In this document: positions 16,128 to 25,743 of the stretch, in pieces
Numbering within the stretch: position 1 is the first letter of the stretch
Layout of the letters: each line of letters opens with the position of its first letter
NCBI GenBank assembly: GCA_905236005.1
Contig: CAJONJ010000044.1
Location: 1-51,781 of the forward strand
Length of the DNA stretch: 51,781 nt
Source: an uncultured Alphaproteobacteria bacterium
GTDB lineage: Bacteria > Pseudomonadota > Alphaproteobacteria > Rs-D84
Reading direction: 5' to 3'
Translations under genes and position numbers: made by a program
The notes under the pieces: model-generated
Seen by the model: the letters and a program-made list of their open reading frames with translations, nothing else
Database searches by the model: none
What the model was told of the DNA's origin: nothing

Positions 16128-17138
16128 ATGAATGATATGTTATTACAAAAACTTTTAATTTTACGAAGTCCAAAGGTTGGACCTGCAACATATAATAAAT
16201 TGTTGTCACAATATGGTGATGTGTTTTCTGTGGTTGATGCATTACATTTGTCGGCTGATTTTATAGATTCTGTGAAACGTGAAATGGATATTGCGTATGA
16301 TATGGGTATAGAATATATCGCTGATGATGATGTGCGTTATCCCAGTGGATTGTTAAATGTAAAAAATCATCCGATTGTAATCAGTGTGCGTGGTAACACA
16401 GATACTTTGTCAAAACGTAATGTTGCAATTGTTGGAACTAGACACGCTACTGCCAGTGGTATGGAATTTTTATCTGAATTGGCATACGAATTTGCCGAAC
16501 ACAATTTTGCAGTTACGTCTGGTTTGGCAATGGGTGCAGATACTGCTGCACATATTGGGGCATTGCGGGCAAACGGAAACAGCCAAACAATAGCTGTGGT
16601 TGCAGGTGGGGTTGATTATATTTGGCCACTGGAAAACGAATCGTTATATTACGATATTTTAAATCGTGGTGTGATAATCAGTGAAATGCCTGTGGGAATG
16701 AAACCAAATGCTACACATTTTGTTCAAAGAAACCATTGGGTTGCTGCAATATCTGATTTTTTAATTTTAGGTGAAGCAGACGAAAAATCAGGCAGTATGA
16801 CAACTGCACGATTCGCTTTGGATTATAAAAAACAAGTATTTGCGGTGCCTGGACACCCATCAGATCCACGAAGTGTTGGTCCAAATTCTTTGATAAAAAA
16901 TAATCAAGCGACTTTATGTATGTCTGTAAAAGATTTTTTTGATGATGAAAAACAAAAAAATGAAAAAAAAGTTAAAACAGAAAATGAAATTTTAGACAAG
17001 ATAGGAATAATTCCTGTGTCAGAATCTGTATTGGCAAACATTGTCAAAAAAAGCGTTGCGGAAATCAAAGCTGATTTGGTGGTATTGGAATTACAAGGTT
17101 TAATACGAAAACAAGATGGTGGTTACGTTTTAAATTGA
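16128..17138 (+). CDS. dprA: DNA processing protein DprA (Smf)
   Basis: 336-aa ORF with Rossmann-like DprA core (VAIVGTRHATASGMEFLSELAYEFAEHNFAVTSGLAMGADTAAH ... GSMTTARFALDYKKQVFAVPG). Confidence 0.9.
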   Translation: MNDMLLQKLLILRSPKVGPATYNKLLSQYGDVFSVVDALHLSADFIDSVKREMDIAYDMGIEYIADDDVRYPSGLLNVKNHPIVISVRGNTDTLSKRNVAIVGTRHATASGMEFLSELAYEFAEHNFAVTSGLAMGADTAAHIGALRANGNSQTIAVVAGGVDYIWPLENESLYYDILNRGVIISEMPVGMKPNATHFVQRNHWVAAISDFLILGEADEKSGSMTTARFALDYKKQVFAVPGHPSDPRSVGPNSLIKNNQATLCMSVKDFFDDEKQKNEKKVKTENEILDKIGIIPVSESVLANIVKKSVAEIKADLVVLELQGLIRKQDGGYVLN

Positions 17139-17147
17139 TTTAAAAAA

Positions 17148-17168
17148 TGTATATACAGTGTATATACA
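17148..17168. promoter_or_regulatory. Two adjacent palindromic decamers TGTATATACA (candidate operator or origin element)
   Basis: tgtatataca at 17148-17157 and again at 17159-17168, each self-complementary, in the dprA-dnaA spacer. Confidence 0.3.
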
Positions 17169-17432
17169 AACTGCGAAAATCAAGGAAAAAAACGAATCGT
17201 TGTCAAAAAATAAATGTTCAAAAATAAATCAACATTTGATTGCAAATAGAAATAAATCTTATAGATTGTTTGTTGTAGTCGGGTGGTTGATTAAATCAAT
17301 CAAAAACAAAAAGTGAGAGAAGAGTAAGCGGCATAAATATCAATGATGATTGGTGTTTATGTGCAGGGTGTTTTACACACTAAAAATGCCAACGCAGGAA
17401 ACTCTTTTAATACAAGGAAAGGAGCAAACGAC

Positions 17433-18710
17433 ATGCAAGCAGCAACAAAAAAAATTGTAAACACAGAATCAATTAAAGATGCAATTGCAAACAAAATAGA
17501 TTCTGTTGGATTTACCTCTTGGATTGCACCTTTGCAATTCAGTGTTGTTGCGGGATGTTTGAATTTGGTTGCTCATAATCAATTTGCTGCGGATTATGTT
17601 AAAAATTCATATGGTGAAATTCTTGCTGATGTTGCTGCTGGTTTTGGTTTAACTGTAAATATTTCTGTTCGTTCTGCAACACCTGTTGTGAATACAGCTA
17701 ATGATAATGTTGTATGTGAATTTGTGCCTGAAAATAAAAAAGCATTTGTAAAAAAACAAAATGGTTTTGATGCATTTATATGTTCTGATGAAAATATGTT
17801 TGCTGTTGCAGCATGCAAAAAAATTGCATTAGGTGATGCATCTTTTTCACAATTATTTATATATGGACCTGCTGGGTGTGGTAAATCTTTGTTGGCATCT
17901 GCCATTTGTGGCGAATCGGCTGGACGTGTTGTAATGATGTCTGGTGGCCAATTCGTTGCAGATTTTACACGTAGCTTGCGTGATAAAACGATATTTTCTT
18001 TCAAAGATTTTTGTCGTAATTGCGATACTTTTATTTTGGATGATGTTTGTGCGTTGGCTGGTAAACGTGCAACCACAGATGAATTTTTACAATTGATTAT
18101 GGATTTACATAATGCTGGTAAAAATATTGTGTTGACTGCAAATGTTGCACCAAACGCATTAAATGGTTTTGACAGACGTATACAATCTTTGTTTGCATCT
18201 GGTTTGGTTGTAGATTTGGCTGTGCCAAATGCACATGTTCGTAAACAAATGTTGATTCGTGGTGGTGTTGATGCAAATGTGGCAGATGAATTATCTAAAC
18301 GTATTGCTGGTGATGGTCATTTAGTAAATGGTGTAATAAATAAAATAAAAACATATTCTGAATTGATGGGTGAACGTGTAGATATGGATGTGGCTGCTAA
18401 ATTATTGGGCAATACATTGGAAAAGAATAAAACACCAATGGCGATGGTCAAAGCAATGTGTGAAAAAATGTGTGTATCTTATGATGAAATTTGTGGTAAT
18501 TCACGCACACGTCGTTTGGTTCGTGCACGTCAAATAATGATGGCAGCATTAAAACAAGCAACAGGTTTATCTTTGTCTGAAATTGGTAATGTTTGTGGTG
18601 GTCGTGATCATGCAACAGTTGTTTATGCATTGAATCAAATTGAAAATCAGAAAGAATCAGATTTAGTATTGAATGCAGAAATAGATGACATGATAAAATT
18701 GTGCAAATAA
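17433..18710 (+). CDS. dnaA: Chromosomal replication initiator DnaA (divergent)
   Basis: Start trimmed to MQAATKK after the GGAG RBS; AAA+ core (GPAGCGKSLL, FILDDVCAL) and C-terminal DNA-binding domain (RRLVRARQIMMAALKQATGLSLSEIGNVCGGRDHATVVYA). Confidence 0.92.
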   Translation: MQAATKKIVNTESIKDAIANKIDSVGFTSWIAPLQFSVVAGCLNLVAHNQFAADYVKNSYGEILADVAAGFGLTVNISVRSATPVVNTANDNVVCEFVPENKKAFVKKQNGFDAFICSDENMFAVAACKKIALGDASFSQLFIYGPAGCGKSLLASAICGESAGRVVMMSGGQFVADFTRSLRDKTIFSFKDFCRNCDTFILDDVCALAGKRATTDEFLQLIMDLHNAGKNIVLTANVAPNALNGFDRRIQSLFASGLVVDLAVPNAHVRKQMLIRGGVDANVADELSKRIAGDGHLVNGVINKIKTYSELMGERVDMDVAAKLLGNTLEKNKTPMAMVKAMCEKMCVSYDEICGNSRTRRLVRARQIMMAALKQATGLSLSEIGNVCGGRDHATVVYALNQIENQKESDLVLNAEIDDMIKLCK

Positions 18711-18741
18711 TTTTGTGATAAAGTTTCGTCCAAAGGAGAAA

Positions 18742-18775
18742 AACAAAACCCGCATTTTTTGCGGGTTTTGTTTTA
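18742..18775. terminator. Bidirectional rho-independent terminator
   Basis: aaaacccgc / gcgggtttt stem flanked by A and T runs between convergent dnaA and dnaJ. Confidence 0.85.
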
Positions 18776-18823
18776 TTTGGATAGGGTTCTAGGTTATTTG
18801 ATTAAAATGTTGTAAAAAATTAT

Positions 18824-19957
18824 TTAAAACCAGCCTTTCTTTTCTGATTTTTTGCCAGCAAATTCGCTTAGGGCTTTTTTCTGTTTTTCTGTTAATCGTT
18901 TTGGAATTGTTATTCCAATTTCTATGTATAAATCACCAAATCCGCCACGACCATTTGGCATACCATGTGAACGGATTCTTAACCGTTCGCCAACCTGGGT
19001 TCCAGATGGAATCTTTACAGATAATTTTTTATCGTCCAGTGTTTCAATTTCTATTTCGTCACCCATTGCAAGTGTTACGAAATCTAAATCCATGTGCATC
19101 AGCAAATCATCCCCGACACGTTCAAATTTTTTATCTGGTTTGATTCTGATATCAAGATAAAAATCACCAGCACGACCACCGTTTGGACCAGCTTCACCCA
19201 TGCCAGCCAGTCTTAATCTGGCACCGTCTTGGATTCCAGCTGGAATTTTAACATCCAGTGTGCGTTGTTTGTGAACTGTTCCTGTGCCACCACATTCTGA
19301 ACATTTTTTATCAATTTTGTGACCCAATCCGTTACAATCTGGGCACGGGGTTTCCACAGCGAAAAATCCCTGGCGTGCATGAACGTATCCTGTGCCTCCA
19401 CATGTTTTACAAACTGGGGCAGGCTTACCGTCTGCAGTTCCATTACCATTACATTTGTCGCATTTTACAGCACTGGAAAATTTTACTGTGTGGGTTGTGC
19501 CAAAAAAGGCATCTTTTAAATCAATAACAACTTCGTCTAATAAATCACGTCCGGATTGTTGCTGTTTTGTGCCACGATTACCGCCAAAATCGCCACCAAA
19601 GCCGAAACCACGCATGGCTTCACGTAAGATGTCTTCCATACCACCCATGTCGCCACCGCCCATATTGAAATGAAATGCACCATTTCCAAATGGATTACCG
19701 CCAAAACCAGCTCCAGCACTGGCACCATTACCACCAGCAAATGCGGCATCACCAAAGCGGTCATACGCAGCACGTTTTTGAGGGTCTTTTAAAATATCAA
19801 AAGCATTGTTAACTTCTTTGAATTTTTCTTCGGCAGTTTTATCACCTGGGTTTTTATCTGGGTGATATTTCATAACTAATTTATGATATGCTTTTTTTAT
19901 ATCAGCATCGCTGGCATCTTTGGTGACACCTAGCACTTCATACGGATTTTTGTTCAT
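18824..19957 (-). CDS. dnaJ: Chaperone DnaJ
   Basis: J domain with [10 protein letters not shown]-rich linker, four CxxCxGxG zinc motifs. Confidence 0.96.
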   Translation of the reverse strand: MNKNPYEVLGVTKDASDADIKKAYHKLVMKYHPDKNPGDKTAEEKFKEVNNAFDILKDPQKRAAYDRFGDAAFAGGNGASAGAGFGGNPFGNGAFHFNMGGGDMGGMEDILREAMRGFGFGGDFGGNRGTKQQQSGRDLLDEVVIDLKDAFFGTTHTVKFSSAVKCDKCNGNGTADGKPAPVCKTCGGTGYVHARQGFFAVETPCPDCNGLGHKIDKKCSECGGTGTVHKQRTLDVKIPAGIQDGARLRLAGMGEAGPNGGRAGDFYLDIRIKPDKKFERVGDDLLMHMDLDFVTLAMGDEIEIETLDDKKLSVKIPSGTQVGERLRIRSHGMPNGRGGFGDLYIEIGITIPKRLTEKQKKALSEFAGKKSEKKGWF

Positions 19958-20060
19958 TTTTTTACCTGTTTAAATCTTTTGTATAGAATATATAGGGCAA
20001 TTATAGTAAAAATCAAGTATATAAAAATACTATTTTTTTTGCTGTTTTTTTGCATTTCAC

Positions 20061-20087
20061 TTGCACCAAAGGCGAAAATGTTATAAT
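20061..20087 (+). promoter_or_regulatory. Promoter with extended -10 (TTGCAC ... TGTTATAAT)
   Basis: TTGCAC at 20061-20066 and TGTTATAAT at 20079-20087 (short 15-nt spacer) upstream of parE. Confidence 0.45.
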
Positions 20088-20102
20088 AATGGTGTAATAA
20101 AA

Positions 20103-22079
20103 ATGGAAAAGATTATGAATAAATACGATGCTTCTGATATTCAAGTTTTAGAGGGTTTGGAACCAGTTCGGTTGCGTCCTGGTATGTATATTGGCGGAAC
20201 CGATGAAAAAGCTTGGCACCATTTGCCAGTAGAAATTATGGATAATTCTATTGATGAAGCGGTGGCTGGATTTGCAAAGAAAATTGTCGTTAATTTAATA
20301 GATTCTAAAACCATAGAAATCACTGATGATGGACGTGGAATCCCAGTAGATGAACATCCAAAATATCCTGGAAAATCTGCGTTAGAGGTTATTTTAACTA
20401 CATTACATTCTGGTGGAAAATTTAATAATAATGTTTATAAAACCAGTGGTGGTTTGCATGGTGTGGGCAGTGCTGTTGTTAATGCTTTGTCGGCTGAGAT
20501 GATTGTTACAATTTCCAGAGATGGTTATGAATGGCATCAGAGTTTTTCTAGGGGCAAAGTAACATCACCAATAAAACGTGGAATTGAAACCAGGGCACAT
20601 GGAACTAAAATCAGATTTACTTTGGATGACGAGATTTTTGGTGAAAATGCTGTGTTTAAACCAGTAAAAATTTATCGTATGGCACGTGCTAAATCATTTT
20701 TATCACGTGGTGTAAAAATTGAATGGCATTGTAATCCGTCTTTGTTAACCGAAGACATGAATATACCGTCTGACCAGGTTTTGTATTATCCAAATGGGGT
20801 TGCCGATTTTGTGGCGGAAAAAACAGATTCTAAACCACGGGTGTTGCCAAAGATATTCAGTGGTTCAGTTGATTTTCCAGATGATGTTGGTCGTGTAGAA
20901 TGGGCTTTGACGGTTTTGACAGATGAAAATGGTGCTGCATCTGACGATGGTTTTTTTGCATCATATTGTAATACAATCGCAACGGTTGATGGTGGTACAC
21001 ATGAAGCCGGTTTTAAAGCTGCAATAACCAAAGGCTTAAAGGCATACGGGGAAAAAGTGAATAACAAAGCCGCTGCGACAATTATTGGTGAAGATGTTTT
21101 TGATTCGGTTGCTGCGATTGTTTCTGTGTTTTATAAAACACCACAATTTTTAGGACAAACCAAAGAAAAGTTATCTAATCCTGAAATTGCAAGGTATACA
21201 GAAAATGCACTGAAAGACCCTTGGGAAATGTTTTTAGCATCAGACCCGAAAACTGCAAATGCATTATTGGATTTTGTTGTGAATCTGGCTAATGCACGTA
21301 TTAAAACAAAACAGGTTAAAGATATTGCACGTAAGACACCAACCAAAAGAATTCGTATGCCTGCCAAATTGGCTGATTGTTCCAAACATGGTGTAGAAGG
21401 CACAGAATTGTTTATAGTAGAGGGTGAATCTGCTGGTGGAACGGCTAAACAGGCACGAGATAGGGCATTACAGGCAATTATGCCTTTGCGTGGCAAGGTT
21501 TTAAATGTGTTATCTAATTCTGATGAAAGATTCAGTGCCAATAAAGAATTAAATGATTTGATAGATATTATTGGTGCAGGAACAGCAAAAGATTGGGATG
21601 ATTCTAAATTAAGATATGAAAAAATTATTATAATGACTGATGCTGATGTGGACGGCAGTCATATTGCATCATTGTTGATGGCATTCTTTTATCAATATAT
21701 GCCACAGTTGATTTATGGTGGTCATTTATATTTGTCTTGTCCGCCATTGTATAAATTAACTTGTGGAACTGAATCAATTTATGTGGATACAGATGAAGAA
21801 TTGGAAGAATTGAAAAACGGTAAATATAAAAACAAACGCATTGAAATATCACGATTCAAAGGTTTGGGTGAAATGATGCCAAATCAGTTGAAAGAAACAA
21901 CTATGTCACCAAAAACACGTCGTTTGATTCGTGTTGATTTACCACCAAAGACCGAAGATGGTTTGGAAGACACAGAAAAAACAAAAGCTTTGGTTTATGA
22001 TTTGATGGGTAAAAAACCAGAATTCAGATTCAAATTTATTACTGAACACGCACAGTTTGTAAAAGATTTGTTTGTGTAA
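20103..22079 (+). CDS. parE: DNA topoisomerase IV subunit B
   Basis: GHKL ATPase N-terminus (LEGLEPVRLRPGMYIGGTDEKAWHHL), Toprim (LFIVEGESAGGTAKQARD, IMTDADVDGSHI). A length of about 658 aa fits ParE rather than the longer GyrB. Confidence 0.88.
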   Translation: MEKIMNKYDASDIQVLEGLEPVRLRPGMYIGGTDEKAWHHLPVEIMDNSIDEAVAGFAKKIVVNLIDSKTIEITDDGRGIPVDEHPKYPGKSALEVILTTLHSGGKFNNNVYKTSGGLHGVGSAVVNALSAEMIVTISRDGYEWHQSFSRGKVTSPIKRGIETRAHGTKIRFTLDDEIFGENAVFKPVKIYRMARAKSFLSRGVKIEWHCNPSLLTEDMNIPSDQVLYYPNGVADFVAEKTDSKPRVLPKIFSGSVDFPDDVGRVEWALTVLTDENGAASDDGFFASYCNTIATVDGGTHEAGFKAAITKGLKAYGEKVNNKAAATIIGEDVFDSVAAIVSVFYKTPQFLGQTKEKLSNPEIARYTENALKDPWEMFLASDPKTANALLDFVVNLANARIKTKQVKDIARKTPTKRIRMPAKLADCSKHGVEGTELFIVEGESAGGTAKQARDRALQAIMPLRGKVLNVLSNSDERFSANKELNDLIDIIGAGTAKDWDDSKLRYEKIIIMTDADVDGSHIASLLMAFFYQYMPQLIYGGHLYLSCPPLYKLTCGTESIYVDTDEELEELKNGKYKNKRIEISRFKGLGEMMPNQLKETTMSPKTRRLIRVDLPPKTEDGLEDTEKTKALVYDLMGKKPEFRFKFITEHAQFVKDLFV

Positions 22080-22097
22080 ATAAAATTTGTAAACGAC

Positions 22098-22126
22098 AAA
22101 AAAATCCGCTGTATAGCGGATTTTTG
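22098..22126. terminator. Rho-independent terminator
   Basis: aaaaatccgct gtat agcggattttt hairpin between convergent parE and pgsA. Confidence 0.85.
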
Positions 22127-22203
22127 TGTTTTTATTAAATATGATATTCGTCAGCTCAACTATCACCCCATTGACCCCAAATAAGCTCATGTCTCTTTTT
22201 TGT

Positions 22204-22803
22204 TTATTTTATTTTCTTTAATTTTTGTGCAAACGTAAATGTATATTGGGTCGCACTCCATAAAGATGCAACCAATGCAAACCATAAACAGAATATACCA
22301 ACATTTGGTAATGTGCTGATTAAATAGAACACTATACGACTGCTGGTGGTCGGAGTGATAGAAGTGAATATTGCAAAGAATAATAAAAACACAACTGATG
22401 CAACCATTTGAATAGTTGTTTTTATTTTACCCATGGAAAAACGTGCCTTTGGTACAGGCATTTCTATTTTTTGTGTTCCCAGAAATTCCCGCAGACCACT
22501 GATATATAATTCACGTGCAATCATCAATATCACAGGAATAACAACTTCCCATGTTGGTGCAATCAAAGCCAGCATAATAAATGTATTACATACTAATAAT
22601 TTATCACCTATGTGATCAAGGACACCACCGATTTTTGAACAACATTTATATTTACGTGCCAAAAAACCATCAAACCAATCTGACATTGCACCTAATAAAT
22701 ATAAAATAAAGGCAAGCCAATACATTTTCATCATGACGGTTGGAATCAATAAAAATGCAACACTAATACGAAAAATTGATAATAAATTTACAAATACTTT
22801 CAT
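22204..22803 (-). CDS. pgsA: CDP-diacylglycerol--glycerol-3-phosphate 3-phosphatidyltransferase
   Basis: CDP-alcohol phosphatidyltransferase motif DWFDGFLARKYKCCSKIGGVLDHIGDKLL in a 199-aa membrane ORF. Confidence 0.9.
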   Translation of the reverse strand: MKVFVNLLSIFRISVAFLLIPTVMMKMYWLAFILYLLGAMSDWFDGFLARKYKCCSKIGGVLDHIGDKLLVCNTFIMLALIAPTWEVVIPVILMIARELYISGLREFLGTQKIEMPVPKARFSMGKIKTTIQMVASVVFLLFFAIFTSITPTTSSRIVFYLISTLPNVGIFCLWFALVASLWSATQYTFTFAQKLKKIK

Positions 22804-22830
22804 GTTTGTTTCTCCTTTGATAATGGTTTA

Positions 22831-24255
22831 TTATAGCATTTCTGAATGAAAATAGGCATAAATTTTTTCAGCAGCAGATTTACCCAATTCTGGAACACGT
22901 AATAAAGATTGTAAATCTGCGTCCATAATTGCATGAACAGAACCAAAATGGTGTAATAATTGTTTTTTTCTGATGGGACCAATTCCTTCTATTTCATCAA
23001 GACATGAAGCTGTTAATTGTTTAGCCCGCACTGAACGATGATAAGTTATAACAAATCTGTGTGCTTCGTCACGAACGGTGCGTAATAATAAAAACAAAGC
23101 TGAATCTTTTGGCAAAGTCCGATTTACAGATCCATCAGGCATAATAAAATGTTCGTCACCATTGCGGACTTCACCTTTGGTAACACCAAGAATTGGGATT
23201 TTTCCATTTGTAACTTTGTTTGCAATATTCCATTGAGCAATTCCACCATCTACAATTATTAAATCCAATTTTATATCATTTGTTGCACGTGTGATGAATT
23301 CTTCCATCATGGCAATATCGTTACCTGCACGTTTCGTGTCACGTAGTTTAAAATGTCTATATGCAGATTTTATAAATCCATCATGACCAAAGGCAATCAT
23401 TGCCCCAACTGGATTTTTGCCAAATAAATGTGAATTATCAAAAACACCAACACAGTCCAGTTTTAATCCCAACCATTGTTCTAATTCTGTAACATTTTTA
23501 TCCCATTGCATGTTTGGTGCATACGTTTTATTCTGCCGTATGCCACGATTTGTAGTTGTGGTTAATGCTGTGATTTTATCACGAACAATTGCAGCATTTT
23601 CGTAATCCATTTTATCTGAAAAATTTTTCATCAATTTTGTTAAATCAGTAATGATTGGTTCGCTGTCCCCAGTTAAAATTCTGCGTGCCAATTGAACATT
23701 TTTATCATAATTGGTTTGTGGAATACAACAGGGTGCACTGCAACGTCCAATTTGATATAATAAACAAGGACGTGAACGATTTTTCATAAAACTATCTGTG
23801 CAGGTTCTTAATTGGCAAACACGTTGAATAGTTTTTATTGTGTCGTTTAATGCGTATACTGATGGATATGGCCCATAAACATCTTTGCGTTGAGATATTT
23901 TGCCACGAAATTTTAATAAACGTGGAAATTCGTGTTTGGTTAATGCCAGCATCGGATACATTTTTCCATCAGTCAGCATAATATTATATTTGGGTTTTAA
24001 AGATTTTATTAAATTCTGTTCCAAAATCAATGCGTCTTCTTCGGTACGGGTGATTTCCCATTCTACACGTCTGACCAAAGTCCGCATAATTTGTTTGTGT
24101 AATTCCAGTTTTGAAATGTCAATATATTGCCGCAGGCGATTTAATATGTTTTTAGCTTTGCCGACATACAACAAATTCCCATCTTTGTCATACATTTTGT
24201 ATATGCCAGGTGACATGGGTGCATTTTCTATTAAATCTCTAAATTGAATAATCAT
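22831..24255 (-). CDS. uvrC: Excinuclease ABC subunit C (compact)
   Basis: Start trimmed to MIIQFRD. GIY-YIG domain (PGIYKMYDKDGNLLYVGKAKNILNRL), Cys cluster, UVR-like helix (MDYENAAIVRDKITAL), endonuclease domain, C-terminal (HhH)2 (LDEIEGIGPIRKKQLL). 474 aa, shorter than typical UvrC. Confidence 0.92.
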   Translation of the reverse strand: MIIQFRDLIENAPMSPGIYKMYDKDGNLLYVGKAKNILNRLRQYIDISKLELHKQIMRTLVRRVEWEITRTEEDALILEQNLIKSLKPKYNIMLTDGKMYPMLALTKHEFPRLLKFRGKISQRKDVYGPYPSVYALNDTIKTIQRVCQLRTCTDSFMKNRSRPCLLYQIGRCSAPCCIPQTNYDKNVQLARRILTGDSEPIITDLTKLMKNFSDKMDYENAAIVRDKITALTTTTNRGIRQNKTYAPNMQWDKNVTELEQWLGLKLDCVGVFDNSHLFGKNPVGAMIAFGHDGFIKSAYRHFKLRDTKRAGNDIAMMEEFITRATNDIKLDLIIVDGGIAQWNIANKVTNGKIPILGVTKGEVRNGDEHFIMPDGSVNRTLPKDSALFLLLRTVRDEAHRFVITYHRSVRAKQLTASCLDEIEGIGPIRKKQLLHHFGSVHAIMDADLQSLLRVPELGKSAAEKIYAYFHSEML

Positions 24256-24306
24256 GTTGAATATGATATTATATAAAATATAATAAATCAAATAAGAGGT
24301 AAAAAC

Positions 24307-24768
24307 ATGAGACAAGAATCCGGACGTTCAATGATTGAAATGATTGGTGTGTTGGCAATTATGGCTATTATAACAGCTGGGGCTTTTGCATTGATTTCAA
24401 CTGCTTTTAATACGCAAAAACGTAGTCGTGTTACTGATGATGTTACAAATATAGTGTCCGGTGTTCGCAGTTTGTTAGGTGAATATGATGATTTTTCAAA
24501 TATAGACAATTCTACCATTTTTGGTGCAATAGGGGTCAGTGATAAAAATCCGTATGGTGGAAAATACGAATTGGCGGTTAATCCGTCTAATCCCAGACAA
24601 TTTATTGTCACTATTACAGGTTTATCAAAATCTGAATGTGATGGTTTGATAACAAAAGCATGGATTGATTCAGTTGGATATAAAGAATCTGGACATAAAG
24701 ATAGTGGTGCAAAAGGCAGTTGTGTTGATGACAAGAAAAACACAATTTCTATCACGTATGGTGAATAA
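24307..24768 (+). CDS. Type IV prepilin-like protein (short leader, Glu at +5)
   Basis: MRQESG/RSMIEMIGVLAIMAIITAGAFALI: Gly at -1, Glu at +5, hydrophobic N-terminal helix, two C-terminal Cys (SECDGL...GSCVDD); AAGAGG RBS. Confidence 0.62.
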   Translation: MRQESGRSMIEMIGVLAIMAIITAGAFALISTAFNTQKRSRVTDDVTNIVSGVRSLLGEYDDFSNIDNSTIFGAIGVSDKNPYGGKYELAVNPSNPRQFIVTITGLSKSECDGLITKAWIDSVGYKESGHKDSGAKGSCVDDKKNTISITYGE

Positions 24769-24771
24769 TTT

Positions 24772-25734
24772 ATGGCTGAATTTGTAAAAATTTCTTCTGT
24801 GGAAGATGGAACACGTTTGTTACGTTGGTTTTTGCGGCATTATCCAGGTATGTTACAACGTGATTTTTATAAATTGTGTCGGGGTGGGCAAATAAGAATA
24901 AATTCATCACGATGCAAGGGTATGGAAATATTAAAAACAGGCGATTTAGTTCGTATTCCACCAACTTTGCGATCTTATCAAAAATCTGTTAAAACCGAAA
25001 ATGGTGACAGATATTCTTTGGGTGATTTAGAAGAATTAAGAAAATGCATTATTCATAACGATAATGATATTGTTGTATTTAACAAGCCGGCTGGATTAGC
25101 AGTGCAGGGTGGAACTGGAATAAAAAAATCTGTAGATAAAATGGTTGCTGCTTTGTTTCCGTATGATAAAACTGCTTTGGTGCATCGTTTGGATAAAGAA
25201 ACTAGCGGATTGTTAGTTGTTGCAAAAAATCAAAAAGCGGCACAGGATTTAGCAAAACAATTCCAGAATAAAACTGCACATAAAGAATATTTGGCTTTGT
25301 TAAATGGAACTGTGTCACACAAATCTGGCACAATAGATAATTATGTTATCAAAGGTCAGGTGTTTGAAGATGTTAATAAAATACCAAAAGATATTCATCC
25401 GCAACGTGCAATTACTGATTATAAAGTCTTAGGTGAAGCATCGGGGTTATTAACATGGGTTTTATTTTGCCCCAAAACAGGTCGCACACATCAATTAAGA
25501 TTGCACAGTGCATATTCTTTGCATGTACCAATTGTAGGTGATGATTTGTATGGTATTACACGTGGAAATCTAGAAGGTGCCTTAGGTGCATTGTTAAAGA
25601 CACAAAAATTGTTCTTGTGTGCATATCGGATAACTTTTAGACATCCTGGTACTGGCAAGATAATTACGTTGTGTGCAGAATTGCCAGATTTTATGCAATC
25701 TGTCGTAAGTTTTTTAGAGTTTAAATTACCATAG
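24772..25734 (+). CDS. RluA-family 23S rRNA pseudouridine synthase with S4 domain (RluC/RluD-like)
   Basis: Catalytic motif HRLDKETSGLLVVAKN, N-terminal S4-like region, THQLRLH motif. Confidence 0.88.
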   Translation: MAEFVKISSVEDGTRLLRWFLRHYPGMLQRDFYKLCRGGQIRINSSRCKGMEILKTGDLVRIPPTLRSYQKSVKTENGDRYSLGDLEELRKCIIHNDNDIVVFNKPAGLAVQGGTGIKKSVDKMVAALFPYDKTALVHRLDKETSGLLVVAKNQKAAQDLAKQFQNKTAHKEYLALLNGTVSHKSGTIDNYVIKGQVFEDVNKIPKDIHPQRAITDYKVLGEASGLLTWVLFCPKTGRTHQLRLHSAYSLHVPIVGDDLYGITRGNLEGALGALLKTQKLFLCAYRITFRHPGTGKIITLCAELPDFMQSVVSFLEFKLP

Positions 25735-25743
25735 GTGGAATAA

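Noticed and set aside
17343-17432. N-terminal extensions offered by the ORF track for dnaA (also for uvrC at 24256-24315, fabF at 44399-44497, acpP, ppa, rbfA, parE and the secretin)
   Set aside because: The extensions lack RBSs, have atypical composition, or overlap neighbouring genes. Internal Met codons with RBS-like purine tracts align with the conserved N-termini of these families.
20103-22079. Type IIA topoisomerase B subunit considered as gyrB
   Set aside because: About 658 aa without the long C-terminal insertion or tail region expected for GyrB, so ParE is the better call. This remains a length- and motif-based judgement.
21939-22190. An 83-aa minus-strand ORF spanning the parE 3-prime end and terminator
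   Set aside because: It overlaps the parE coding end and a clear terminator hairpin and has no coding support. The slightly GC-richer stretch at 22150-22190 could not be assigned to anything.
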